Shown: in pieces, positions 29,914 through 38,668 of the stretch
Position numbering within the stretch: position 1 is the stretch's first letter
Layout of the letters: each line of letters opens with the position of its first letter
Program-made: the position numbers and the translations under genes
The notes under the pieces: model-generated
Databases searched by the model: none
What the model saw: the letters and a program-made list of their open reading frames with translations, nothing else
What the model was told of the DNA's origin: nothing
NCBI GenBank assembly: GCA_965200315.1
Contig: OZ241362.1
Span: forward strand, 416,001 to 480,000
Direction of reading: 5' to 3'
DNA from: Candidatus Latescibacterota bacterium
GTDB taxonomy: Bacteria > Latescibacterota > UBA2968 > UBA8231
DNA length: 64,000 bases

Positions 29914-31017
29914 ATGAACCTGCTGTTGATTTCGGTCGATAGCCTGCGCTTGGATTTTGCCCCGGGGATCAGTGCGGCCGTGCGCACGCCGCGATTTTCC
30001 GCCTTGACGCACGATTTTCGCATCTGCCAACACTGCTTTTCGGTCTCTTCGGCGACGCGCCCGGTCCACACCTCGCTTTTTACCGGGCTGTACCCGTTTG
30101 AACACGGCATAGCAGGCCAGCAGTCGCCTGCTATGCGACAAGGAGTCGCCGATCTTTTCGACCTCTGCCGTCGAGCGGGCTATGCAGTCGGTGCTTTCTC
30201 AGAGGCCCCGGACATTTTCACCGGCCTGAGCTATGCTGACCACATCGCCCCCTTGCCGGCCGACGAGCAGCTTGCCGGCTGGCTGCAACGCCGCGAGCCT
30301 ACTGTTCTCTTTTTGCACTACTGGAGCGTTCATCCCCCTTACGGCGCCGCAGACGGGCTGGCCTTTGGGGAGGTTGGCCAGTTGCTAGCGGCTGGGCGCA
30401 TCGACATGGTGCAGGCGCACTACCGCACGGCCATTGAACAGCTCTTTGAGCGGCACATCGCCCGGCTGTTGGCCGCTTTAGACCTGAGTGCGTGGGCCGT
30501 TTTTATTTTCAGCGACCACGGCCAGAGCTGGCGGGCCGACGAACCTTATCACGGTCAGACCCTGTGCAACGACGTGCTGCGGGTCCCTCTGTACTACCGG
30601 CTTCCCTCGCAGGAATCCGTCGGGCGCACGTTGATTTCCCTCGTAGATCTTTTTCCTACCTTCTTGTCGCTGTTGGAGTTAGAACACTGCTATCGCGGCT
30701 TTGCCCGCGACATCCGCACCCCTTCCCCACCCGAGTACTACTTGGCCGAAATCGACCCCGGCCCAGCCGCGCAACACGGCCGCCAATGGTCTCTCTTCAA
30801 TGCCAGCACCAAATTCACCTGCGATCAATCGACTCAGCGCGAGACCTTAGTCGAAACGTTTAGCGAGCGGCCGCTCGCGGCGCTGGACACGCTCCCCTAC
30901 CACCAAGCGTATGCGGCGCTCCGAGCGGCTTCTAGCTATGTACAAGCGGCGTTTGCCACAGCCGCCGACCAAGCACTGTTGGAGCAGCGGCTGCGAAAGC
31001 TAGGGTATCTAGAGTGA
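29914..31017 (+). CDS. Sulfatase/alkaline-phosphatase superfamily hydrolase
   Basis: NLLLISVDSLR, TRPVHTSLFTGLYP, H.PY, SDHG, LRVPL, C-terminal RLRKLGYLE. Confidence 0.8.
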   Translation: MNLLLISVDSLRLDFAPGISAAVRTPRFSALTHDFRICQHCFSVSSATRPVHTSLFTGLYPFEHGIAGQQSPAMRQGVADLFDLCRRAGYAVGAFSEAPDIFTGLSYADHIAPLPADEQLAGWLQRREPTVLFLHYWSVHPPYGAADGLAFGEVGQLLAAGRIDMVQAHYRTAIEQLFERHIARLLAALDLSAWAVFIFSDHGQSWRADEPYHGQTLCNDVLRVPLYYRLPSQESVGRTLISLVDLFPTFLSLLELEHCYRGFARDIRTPSPPEYYLAEIDPGPAAQHGRQWSLFNASTKFTCDQSTQRETLVETFSERPLAALDTLPYHQAYAALRAASSYVQAAFATAADQALLEQRLRKLGYLE

Positions 31018-31221
31018 GTCAATCGGTTACCGACAGCGGAAACACACCTCCCGACCTTTCGACGACAGTCCTTCTGCTTGACACATATATCAAATTGGCC
31101 ACCATTGCACGGCGGCTTCGACAAGCAAAAACAATAGCAGAGGAGAGAAGATCGTGAAAAAAGAAGCGTGGAAGATACCGAGTATTATGAGGGATCGACG
31201 AACGTTTACTCGGTTGCCTCT

Positions 31222-31399
31222 CCCAGACATGTTCACCGGCCTGAGCTACGCCACCACATCGCCCCTTGCCGGCCGACGAGCAGCTTGCCGGCTGGCTCCA
31301 ACGCCTCTCTTTTTGCACTACTGGAGCGTTCATCCCCCTTACGGCACCGCAGACGGGTTGGCCTTTGGGGAAGTGGGCCAGTTGCTAGCGGCTGGATAG
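31222..31399 (+). pseudogene. Degenerate partial duplicate of the upstream sulfatase-like gene (copy of about 30207-30396)
   Basis: Long exact matches (e.g. TCTCTTTTTGCACTACTGGAGCGTTCATCCCCCTTACGGC) with small deletions and substitutions. Confidence 0.85.
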
Positions 31400-31502
31400 T
31401 TTTTGCTTAGATATATAAGAAGCTCCCCGCATTTAGCAGGCGACTCCTCGTACGTACAGGATCCTACATGCGGACGCCCCCAATAGTCCATGCAGGCCAT
31501 CA

Positions 31503-34500
31503 TTAATCCCCCGCGACTTTGAGCAGGCGTACACCAATGGTATAGCTGCGGGAGTCGGGTGAGTGTAAGTGGCGATACGCCGACCGCACGCCGTCAATAT
31601 GGCCGAAGTGGCCACCTCGGATGACGCGACCAAGGCCGGATGTAGGCCCCTGCGGGTCAACCCGAGGCGAGCTATTATAATAGTCCTCGTCATACCAATC
31701 CTGAACCCACTCCCAAACATTCCCGTGCATATCGTACAAGCCCCAAGGATTCGGCTGCCTACTACCTACCTTTTTCGCTCCTTCAGTCTCAGCATCAGGA
31801 TTGCCAAAATACCACGCATAATCCTTCAGTTGGCTCTCGTCATCCCCAAACGACCACGGCGTCTGCGTCCCCGCTCGACACGCATACTCCCACTCCGCCT
31901 CGGTCGGAAGACGATACAATTCCTCGCCCACTGCCGCATTCAGACGACTGATAAACTCCTGCACCTCATCCCAAGAAATAATCACCGCCGGATAAGATGG
32001 ATCTGAAATAACTCTTTTCCGACCAGACCAAGGCTCATCATTCATCACCGCCTTCCACTGACCCTGCGTGATCTCATATTTCCCCAACCAAAAACCACGA
32101 CTAATCTCTACCTCATGCACCGGCCTTTCATCTGTCCGACCCGTATCCGACCCCATCTGAAACACCCCCGGCTCGATCCACGCAAACTCCATTGACGCAC
32201 CCCCCGGCAGTTCCACCATCCTCTCGGATCGGACATCGACTCTCAGAACAAAAGTCAACTCCGCCTCAGCGCCGTTGCTATCCTCCACCCGGTAGATCAA
32301 CGCATAGGCCCCGGCGACTGTCGGCGTACCCGAAAGCGTCCGAGCCGTCGCATCAAACGTCAAACCCGGCACCTCCGGCGACAAGCTATAGGTCAAATCG
32401 CCAGCGCCATCCGAACCCGCAGGCAACTCCAACGGGTGCATCTCCTCTCCTTCAGTAACCGTCCGATCGGCAACCCTGTCCGAGTCCGAGAACGTCGGCT
32501 GCAAATCAACGATCGACTCCTCAGTCGGCTGCAAATCAACGATCGGCTTACCTTTAACGGTCACCGTAAAGCGCAACTCCGCCTCAGCGCCGTTACTATC
32601 CTCCACCCGGTAGATCAACGCATAGGCCCCGGCGACTGTCGGCGTACCCGAAAGCGTCCGAGCCGTCGCATCAAACGTCAAACCCGGCACCTCCGGCGAC
32701 AAGCTATAGGTCAAATCGCCAGCGCCATCCGAACCCGCAGGCAACTCCAACGGGTGCATCTCCTCTCCTTCAGTAACCGTCCGATCGGCAACCCTGTCCG
32801 AGTCCGAGAACGTCGGCTGCAAATCAACGATCGACTCCTCAGTCGGCTGCAAATCAACGATCGGCTTACCTTTAACGGTCACCGTAAAGCGCAACTCCGC
32901 CTCAGCGCCGTTACTATCCTCCACCCGGTAGATCAACGCATAGGCCCCGGCGACTGTCGGCGTACCCGAAAGCGTCCGAGCCGTCGCATCAAACGTCAAA
33001 CCCGGCACCTCCGGCGACAAGCTATAGGTCAAATCGCCAGCGCCATCCGAACCCGCAGGCAACTCCAACGGGTGCATCTCCTCTCCTTCAGTAACCGTCC
33101 GATCGGCAACCCTGTCCGAGTCCGAGAACGTCGGCTGCAAATCAACGATCGACTCCTCAGTCGGCTGCAAATCAACGATCGACTCCTCAATTTCCATCAC
33201 GTAAATCCCCAAATTGCCGTCGCGATCCGACGAAAAGACGATCTGCTCACCATCCGCAGACCAAGAAGGCTGCACATCCCAACTCTTGTGGTTGGTCAGG
33301 CGGCGAGGGTTGCTCCCATCCGAACCCATCACGTAAATATCAGAATTGCCGTCGCGATCCGACGAAAAGACGATCTGCCGACCATCTGGAGACCAAGAAG
33401 GAGACCTGTCCCTAGCGTCGTTGTCGGTTAGCTGATGCACATCCGAGCCGTCCGCGGCCATCACGTAAATATCAGAATTGCCGTCGCGATCCGACGAAAA
33501 GGCGATCTGCCGACCATCTGGAGACCAAGAAGGAGACCTGTCCCAAGCCGGGTGGTCGGTCAGGCGATGGGGGTTACTCCCATCCGAATCCATCACGTAA
33601 ATATCAAAATTGCTCCTGCCCTTGCGAGTAGACGAAAAGGCGATCTGCCGACCATCTGGAGACCAAGAAGGATTCTCGTCTCTAGCGTCGTTGTCGGTTA
33701 GCTGATGCACATCCGAGCCGTCCGCGGCCATCACGTAAATCTCAAAGTTGTCGTTGCGAGTAGACGAAAAGGCGATCTGCCGACCATCTGGAGACCAAGA
33801 AGGATTCTCGTCTCTAGCGTCGTTGTCGGTTAGCTGATGCATATCCGAGCCGTCCGCGGCCATCACGTAAATATCTACATTATTATTACGGCTGGATTGA
33901 AAGGCGATCTGCCGACCATCTGGAGACCAATCAGGAGCCAGATCCTTACCTTCGTCGTCGCTTAGCCGGATCACACCTGAGTCATCCGAAACCCGTTTCC
34001 CACTCCCGATCCTTTGACCAACCCCCACAGGCAGGGCCCCATCCAACGGATTCGACATATACCTCATAAGCACCTGCACGTCCGTCAGATCAACTTGCCC
34101 GTCGCCGTTGACATCCCCCAAGCCAAGACTGCCGTTGTTCGGCATGACAATCGACGGATTGGAACGGGACACCGCCACGAGCATCGCGTCTTCCAGCCCC
34201 ACTTGCCTATCGTTATTCACATCGCCCAAAATGTCCCCCGCCGACACGTTGCCACCCGCCAAAGGTGCCGCATCCACGACCAACTCTATCGCTGCCGTCC
34301 CCACGCGCACTCCAAACGCTGCATCCGCGTAGGTCGTCAAGCCCTCGCCTGAAACGACGAGGCCATAGTCCCGCTCCACCGCTTCTGTGGATATAGTCGC
34401 CGCTGTCGAGGGAGTCGCTGCGATCCCCGCCTGCCCGTCAATGAGCACCATCCGCTGGGTCTGCTGCCCTCCACCGGCTGTCAACCGATAGAAATACACC

Positions 34501-34949
34501 CCAGCGGCCATCGCCTGTCCCGCCGCATCGGTCGCGCCCCACTGCGCCGCGTGAAAACCAGCCGGCCGCTCTGCGTCCACCAGCGTTGCAACGTGCTGCC
34601 CCAACACGTTAAACACATCGAGCCGCACGTGCGCAGCCGTGGGTAGCTGATAGGGGATCATCGTCGAAGGGTTGAACGGGTTGGGGTAATTCGGTCCTAG
34701 GGCAAATCCCTGCGGCAACGCCGACCTACCCAACGACGCCAGCGGCAGCGCGAAATGCCCAGACTCATCGGTCATCGCCCGTGCCACCGCGCCGCGATGC
34801 AAATCAGCCAAGTCAAACAGCACCACAGCCGCTCCAGCCACCGCCCGCCCATCGGCAAGCCGCACCTTACCGGAAATCGTCTGCTCCTGTGCCATGACAG
34901 CGTGGACGAAAACGAACAAGCCCATCAGACATACTCTTATAAATCTCAT
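31503..34949 (-). CDS. Secreted multidomain protein: FlgD-Ig/CTD-like, dockerin-like, PD40 beta-propeller, three Ig-like repeats, FGE-sulfatase domain
   Basis: Signal peptide; NYPNPFNP...GVYFYRL; GDVNND/GDVNGDG; six WSPDG-type repeats; GLTFDATARTLSGTPT x3; RLPTEAEWEYACRAG, GLYDMHGNVWEW. Confidence 0.9.
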   Translation of the reverse strand: MRFIRVCLMGLFVFVHAVMAQEQTISGKVRLADGRAVAGAAVVLFDLADLHRGAVARAMTDESGHFALPLASLGRSALPQGFALGPNYPNPFNPSTMIPYQLPTAAHVRLDVFNVLGQHVATLVDAERPAGFHAAQWGATDAAGQAMAAGVYFYRLTAGGGQQTQRMVLIDGQAGIAATPSTAATISTEAVERDYGLVVSGEGLTTYADAAFGVRVGTAAIELVVDAAPLAGGNVSAGDILGDVNNDRQVGLEDAMLVAVSRSNPSIVMPNNGSLGLGDVNGDGQVDLTDVQVLMRYMSNPLDGALPVGVGQRIGSGKRVSDDSGVIRLSDDEGKDLAPDWSPDGRQIAFQSSRNNNVDIYVMAADGSDMHQLTDNDARDENPSWSPDGRQIAFSSTRNDNFEIYVMAADGSDVHQLTDNDARDENPSWSPDGRQIAFSSTRKGRSNFDIYVMDSDGSNPHRLTDHPAWDRSPSWSPDGRQIAFSSDRDGNSDIYVMAADGSDVHQLTDNDARDRSPSWSPDGRQIVFSSDRDGNSDIYVMGSDGSNPRRLTNHKSWDVQPSWSADGEQIVFSSDRDGNLGIYVMEIEESIVDLQPTEESIVDLQPTFSDSDRVADRTVTEGEEMHPLELPAGSDGAGDLTYSLSPEVPGLTFDATARTLSGTPTVAGAYALIYRVEDSNGAEAELRFTVTVKGKPIVDLQPTEESIVDLQPTFSDSDRVADRTVTEGEEMHPLELPAGSDGAGDLTYSLSPEVPGLTFDATARTLSGTPTVAGAYALIYRVEDSNGAEAELRFTVTVKGKPIVDLQPTEESIVDLQPTFSDSDRVADRTVTEGEEMHPLELPAGSDGAGDLTYSLSPEVPGLTFDATARTLSGTPTVAGAYALIYRVEDSNGAEAELTFVLRVDVRSERMVELPGGASMEFAWIEPGVFQMGSDTGRTDERPVHEVEISRGFWLGKYEITQGQWKAVMNDEPWSGRKRVISDPSYPAVIISWDEVQEFISRLNAAVGEELYRLPTEAEWEYACRAGTQTPWSFGDDESQLKDYAWYFGNPDAETEGAKKVGSRQPNPWGLYDMHGNVWEWVQDWYDEDYYNSSPRVDPQGPTSGLGRVIRGGHFGHIDGVRSAYRHLHSPDSRSYTIGVRLLKVAGD
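32256..33189 (-). repeat. Three near-identical 318-bp tandem repeats (106-aa Ig-like unit) with an internal 30-bp duplication
   Basis: TCCTCCACCCGGTAGATC recurs at 32281, 32599 and 32917; EESIVDLQPT is duplicated. Confidence 0.93.
33195..33935 (-). repeat. PD40/TolB-like repeats (about 132-bp unit, 6 copies)
   Basis: GATCTGCCGACCATCTGGAGACCAA recurs; protein repeat PSWSPDGRQIAFSS. Confidence 0.88.
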
Positions 34950-35288
34950 ACTAAAGATCTCCCTATTAACGTGCGTTCAGGTTGACCGGCTCTACTCCTA
35001 GTGGGAGGAGCCATCGTTTTTTAGGTTAGTGAGCCAATTTTACTCAGGAACGAGCCGGAGGACATGGACGGCCCACAAGCTCAGAGCACACTGTGGGCGT
35101 GAGCTTGTCGAAGCTCACGCATGGGACAACTCCCAAGGTGCCGACAGCTTCCAATGCCACTGCGTAACATCAGTTTGGTTAGTGAGGCAATAATCCTCGG
35201 CATCCTTCCTGAGGGAGAGGAGATATGAGGGGAGGGATTCTTGGTGTTGCTTTTGAGTTCGCCTCGCCCTGCCATGAGGTGTTGTAGA

Positions 35289-35329
35289 AAGTCCCAGCTA
35301 GGCTACTGCCCAGCCGGGACTTCTTTTTT
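35289..35329. terminator. Hairpin with T tail, probable terminator
   Basis: AAGTCCC...GGGACTT followed by CTTTTTTT, just past the stop of the 35341 gene. Confidence 0.55.
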
Positions 35330-35340
35330 TGCATATTGTG

Positions 35341-36384
35341 TTAATCGGCGAATGTCGCCTTGATACGGCCCCAAGAGGAAGTCTCAGAGGAAGAGACAGG
35401 CTTAGCCGCCGGCCTAACATGAAAAGAGAGAGAATCCGGGTCTATAGTCGCCTCCTGCAAAAGCCTAATACTGCCCCAGTCAAAATCTACGAACGTAAGC
35501 GGTTCCAGGTCTCCTGTACGTTCTTCATTTAGTTCGTCCACAAAACCAAGAGAATCCCCAGGGGTGGGACTTATAAATGTAGAAGCGGCCTCGATCGTAA
35601 ACGAAATAATGCGAGGAGCAGCAAGCGGCGATATTACGTCTATTACTACGTCAGATGGAGGAACAGGCGGCACTTCATACGGTAGGGACACGTCCGGCAA
35701 TAGTAGGGACGGCAGTCGGGACGACGGGGACAGCGGCGGTAAAGGCCATGACGAAATTAGGGCTGAGAGGGCTGAGTCTGGCGATACTTGGGACGCGTCG
35801 TAGATCTCAACCAATTCCCTGAAGTGAGCATAAAACTCCTTGCGACAGCGCGGCTTTTCATCATCACATTTCCGAAAGTAATCAGGACTATCTCTGTAAG
35901 GCTCAGATCCGTCCAGTTCAAAAAACTCTCTCAAGGTCTGTGGTTGGCCCGCCTTTGGACCTGTTATGTAGCGCCTCCCCCCCGGAAGGTTTACAGCATT
36001 CTTGAAAAGCGAGTCCTCCGAAGTTTTAGCAAAGCCCAAAGGAATCCAAGACGGATACCAAGAGCTTGTACCATCTCCTCTCTGAGCTATATCTTCCATC
36101 AAAAAATCCACAGCTTTTTGTTTCCGCGTCGCATTGTCCCGCTCCACCTGGGCTATTTGAGCGTCTCTCGCATCCTGAAAATCTTGCTCAGTCTCCCAAG
36201 TGAAAGGGTCATTCAATTTGTCTAGATATTCTTTCGCTTCCTCTGCAAGTTGCTCATCAACCGGAATAGGATCCTCCATATAAAGAATAACCGTCCTCCG
36301 GCCGTCCTGAGCGAAAGACACGTTCAGAGCGAACAACACGGAAAGAAAAAGGGCAACCATTCGGCCCCCATTAAACGTAGCCAT
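35341..36384 (-). CDS. Hypothetical secreted protein with C-terminal SWGRIK motif
   Basis: GGAGG Shine-Dalgarno, signal peptide (VALFLSVLFALNVSFAQ), Pro/Ser-rich linker, ends PAAKPVSSSETSSWGRIKATFAD; lower GC. Confidence 0.7.
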   Translation of the reverse strand: MATFNGGRMVALFLSVLFALNVSFAQDGRRTVILYMEDPIPVDEQLAEEAKEYLDKLNDPFTWETEQDFQDARDAQIAQVERDNATRKQKAVDFLMEDIAQRGDGTSSWYPSWIPLGFAKTSEDSLFKNAVNLPGGRRYITGPKAGQPQTLREFFELDGSEPYRDSPDYFRKCDDEKPRCRKEFYAHFRELVEIYDASQVSPDSALSALISSWPLPPLSPSSRLPSLLLPDVSLPYEVPPVPPSDVVIDVISPLAAPRIISFTIEAASTFISPTPGDSLGFVDELNEERTGDLEPLTFVDFDWGSIRLLQEATIDPDSLSFHVRPAAKPVSSSETSSWGRIKATFAD

Positions 36385-36805
36385 AAATAGGCCTCCTCTA
36401 ACTATATACCAAGGGAGTTTTAGGTGAACCCTTTGGTAGTGTGTGATTGCCCATTTCAAGCGATTACTGAAACAGGCGACGAAAGCAATGGTATTCTGTA
36501 CGAAATGACTCCGACCCTAAAGGCCAGAATTAGTGGACTTGGGAATTGATTAATGCTGTTCAGCTACAAACCCTCCTTTCCAAGAGGCGTCTTAATAATG
36601 AATAATTTGCGATCTCCGACGCACCTCAAAGTATCTGGCCCGCGAAAAATGCCTACTAGTGCTTACTTGAATGATTAAAGAAAGAAAAACATGTATAGAA
36701 GTCAATAAATAAATTTCATAGCATGCCTTATAATACCTGTATTTACTCAAATAAATACAATAGTTTAAGAAAAAATTAGTTGTTTTATTGAGGATAGTGC
36801 TCGAT

Positions 36806-37153
36806 ATGGATACTGGTATAGCTGTCAGGGACGAGATCTGCTGTAGGGTGCAGCAATTGCGTCACCAGACAGGGATAACCCAAGAAAAACTGGCTGAACA
36901 GGCAGGACTTAGCGTGGACGGAATCCGCAAGATCGAGGGTCGGAGAGCAACGCCGAGCTTAGAAACGCTCTACAAAATCTCAAAAGCGTTGCGGGTACAG
37001 CCAGTGGACTTGATACGGCATGAAGGGGAAATACGAACGGAAAAAGACAGAGAACTGCAAGAATTTATCACGTATCTATCGACGAAAAAGCTGGAAGAAA
37101 TCAGACTGGCTAAGCGGATAACAAAAGCGGTAATGAAAGAATTAGACAGATAA
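36806..37153 (+). CDS. XRE-family HTH regulator
   Basis: RVQQLR..GITQEKLAEQAGLS..IRKIE.RRATPSLETLYKISKAL; AT-rich upstream region. Confidence 0.88.
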   Translation: MDTGIAVRDEICCRVQQLRHQTGITQEKLAEQAGLSVDGIRKIEGRRATPSLETLYKISKALRVQPVDLIRHEGEIRTEKDRELQEFITYLSTKKLEEIRLAKRITKAVMKELDR

Positions 37154-37288
37154 TGAGAAGTCAGCGATTCACACTCGTTCCACCGCCAAGGCGGCCACAT
37201 TGCGCGTCTTTTGGCTAAACCCGCCGCACGGCTCGGTGTGGCGAATGGTCAGGTATAACTGAATAGGGCTACAGGGAAGAAAACTCCA

Positions 37289-37840
37289 CTAGGCTGAGGG
37301 GACAAACCCGGGCTTTAGGCCCTGATAGTCCGCCCCCAAACGGGCAAAAATGTCGGCCCACCGGCGCGGGTAGGATGGATGGCTGTTATTGGGCAAGAAG
37401 CCCAACTTGAGATAGCAGCGCAGAGCTGGGATGCGGAAGTCGTCGGTCAGCAAGTATATGGGCCTAGGGCCTAGCTCTTTGGCTTGGGCCACGGCCGCCG
37501 CTACGATGAACTTGCCTAAGCCGCCCCCCTGAAAGTCCGGGTGTACTGCAACCCAACCGATTTCCCAACACGGCCGCAGTTCTCGGGTGCGGTCGTTGCA
37601 ACCTGTACAGGCGACGATCTGGCCCTCGCACTCGACAAAGAGCTGGACTCGAGTTCCTGCCAAGACGTCCTCTAGCCGCTGTCGATCCCAATGACCCAAT
37701 TCGCCATTGGCCTGCAATAGGGCCAACCAGCCTTCCTCGTCGCCTAACCTGTAAGTCCGCAGTCGATAGCCGGCCATTTCTGGTAAGTCCGGGGTCGTCT
37801 CGCGCCCATACCAGAGGATGAGCTGGGGCAAGGGACTCAA
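37289..37840 (-). CDS. GNAT family N-acetyltransferase
   Basis: VAVHPDFQGGGLG motif A; ALRCYLKLGF. Confidence 0.85.
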   Translation of the reverse strand: MSPLPQLILWYGRETTPDLPEMAGYRLRTYRLGDEEGWLALLQANGELGHWDRQRLEDVLAGTRVQLFVECEGQIVACTGCNDRTRELRPCWEIGWVAVHPDFQGGGLGKFIVAAAVAQAKELGPRPIYLLTDDFRIPALRCYLKLGFLPNNSHPSYPRRWADIFARLGADYQGLKPGFVPSA

Positions 37841-38247
37841 GTGCGGCCTTCCCGACGCCGGAAGAGGGACGACTTAAACTGCTCGGGGCAATGGGGTTGG
37901 AGCACGAAGATTTCGCAGTGGGGAAAGGCATCGGCCAGACCCGCTGGTCTCCCTTGGTCGTAGCCGAGGGCAATAATGTGGGGCGCTATTTCGCCGACGA
38001 TGCGCAAAAAGTTACACCCCTCGTGGCCGAGGCGGACTTCGGTGGCTTCGGGCAGCTTCTCCAGAGCGGCTTTGCGCTCCTCTTGGGATTGGTCGGGATA
38101 GTGCCCCTTGATGCGTCGGACGTTCTCATCGCGAGCGACCACCACGAATAGTTCGTCGCCCAGCGCAGCTGCCTGCGCAATGAAGGAGCGGTGGCCTGGG
38201 TGCAGGTAATCAAAAGTGCCGCAGCACAATACGCGAGTTTTATTCAT
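37837..38247 (-). CDS. Archaeal-type FAD synthase (RibL-like cytidylyltransferase family)
   Basis: GTFDYLHPGH, GDELFVVVARD, IALGYDQ, FKSS; 136 aa. Confidence 0.7.
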   Translation of the reverse strand: MNKTRVLCCGTFDYLHPGHRSFIAQAAALGDELFVVVARDENVRRIKGHYPDQSQEERKAALEKLPEATEVRLGHEGCNFLRIVGEIAPHIIALGYDQGRPAGLADAFPHCEIFVLQPHCPEQFKSSLFRRREGRT

Positions 38248-38668
38248 CGGCGCGTCGGTCTATCCAATACTCGACACCGCGATCCTTGGCAAAAATGCGG
38301 CCAAAGCGGTCGGCATCGGCGCGGCTGGAGAAATAGCCGATCCGCACCCGCACACCAGCATCGCTTTGCAGGCTATAGGCCGGATAGCCCTCGTCCTTCA
38401 ATTCGCGCACCTTCTGATCGGCGCGTTTCGCGTCTCGATAGACGCCGACTTGAATGGTGAATTGGCCGTCGGGATAAAAAAATACGGGGATAGCATCGCT
38501 GGTATCGCTGGTATCGGCTGGAGTGGACACAGAGTCAGCCGGCGTGAAGTGGACTATTTCGCTGCGGTCAGTGGGTTCGTCTTCGCCAACATCGGTGTCG
38601 GCGCATCCCCCGACCGAGAGGACTGTCCAAGCGAGCATCCATAGCCGATTGGGATTCGCCGCACTCAA
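38240..38668 (-). CDS. SPOR-domain lipoprotein
   Basis: Lipobox-like VGGC; FTIQVGVY...A...L...GYPAY...RVRIGYF. Confidence 0.8.
   Translation of the reverse strand: MSAANPNRLWMLAWTVLSVGGCADTDVGEDEPTDRSEIVHFTPADSVSTPADTSDTSDAIPVFFYPDGQFTIQVGVYRDAKRADQKVRELKDEGYPAYSLQSDAGVRVRIGYFSSRADADRFGRIFAKDRGVEYWIDRRADE

Noticed and set aside
30207-31399. Sulfatase duplicate as a DGR template/variable repeat pair
   Set aside because: Differences are not adenine-specific and include deletions; the region is mid-gene; no reverse transcriptase in the window
32256-33935. CRISPR array
   Set aside because: Repeats are in-frame protein domain repeats with no unique spacers; no cas genes
36710-36750. Weak dif-like match around ATGCCTTATAA
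   Set aside because: Second arm is poor; the AT-rich promoter region explains it
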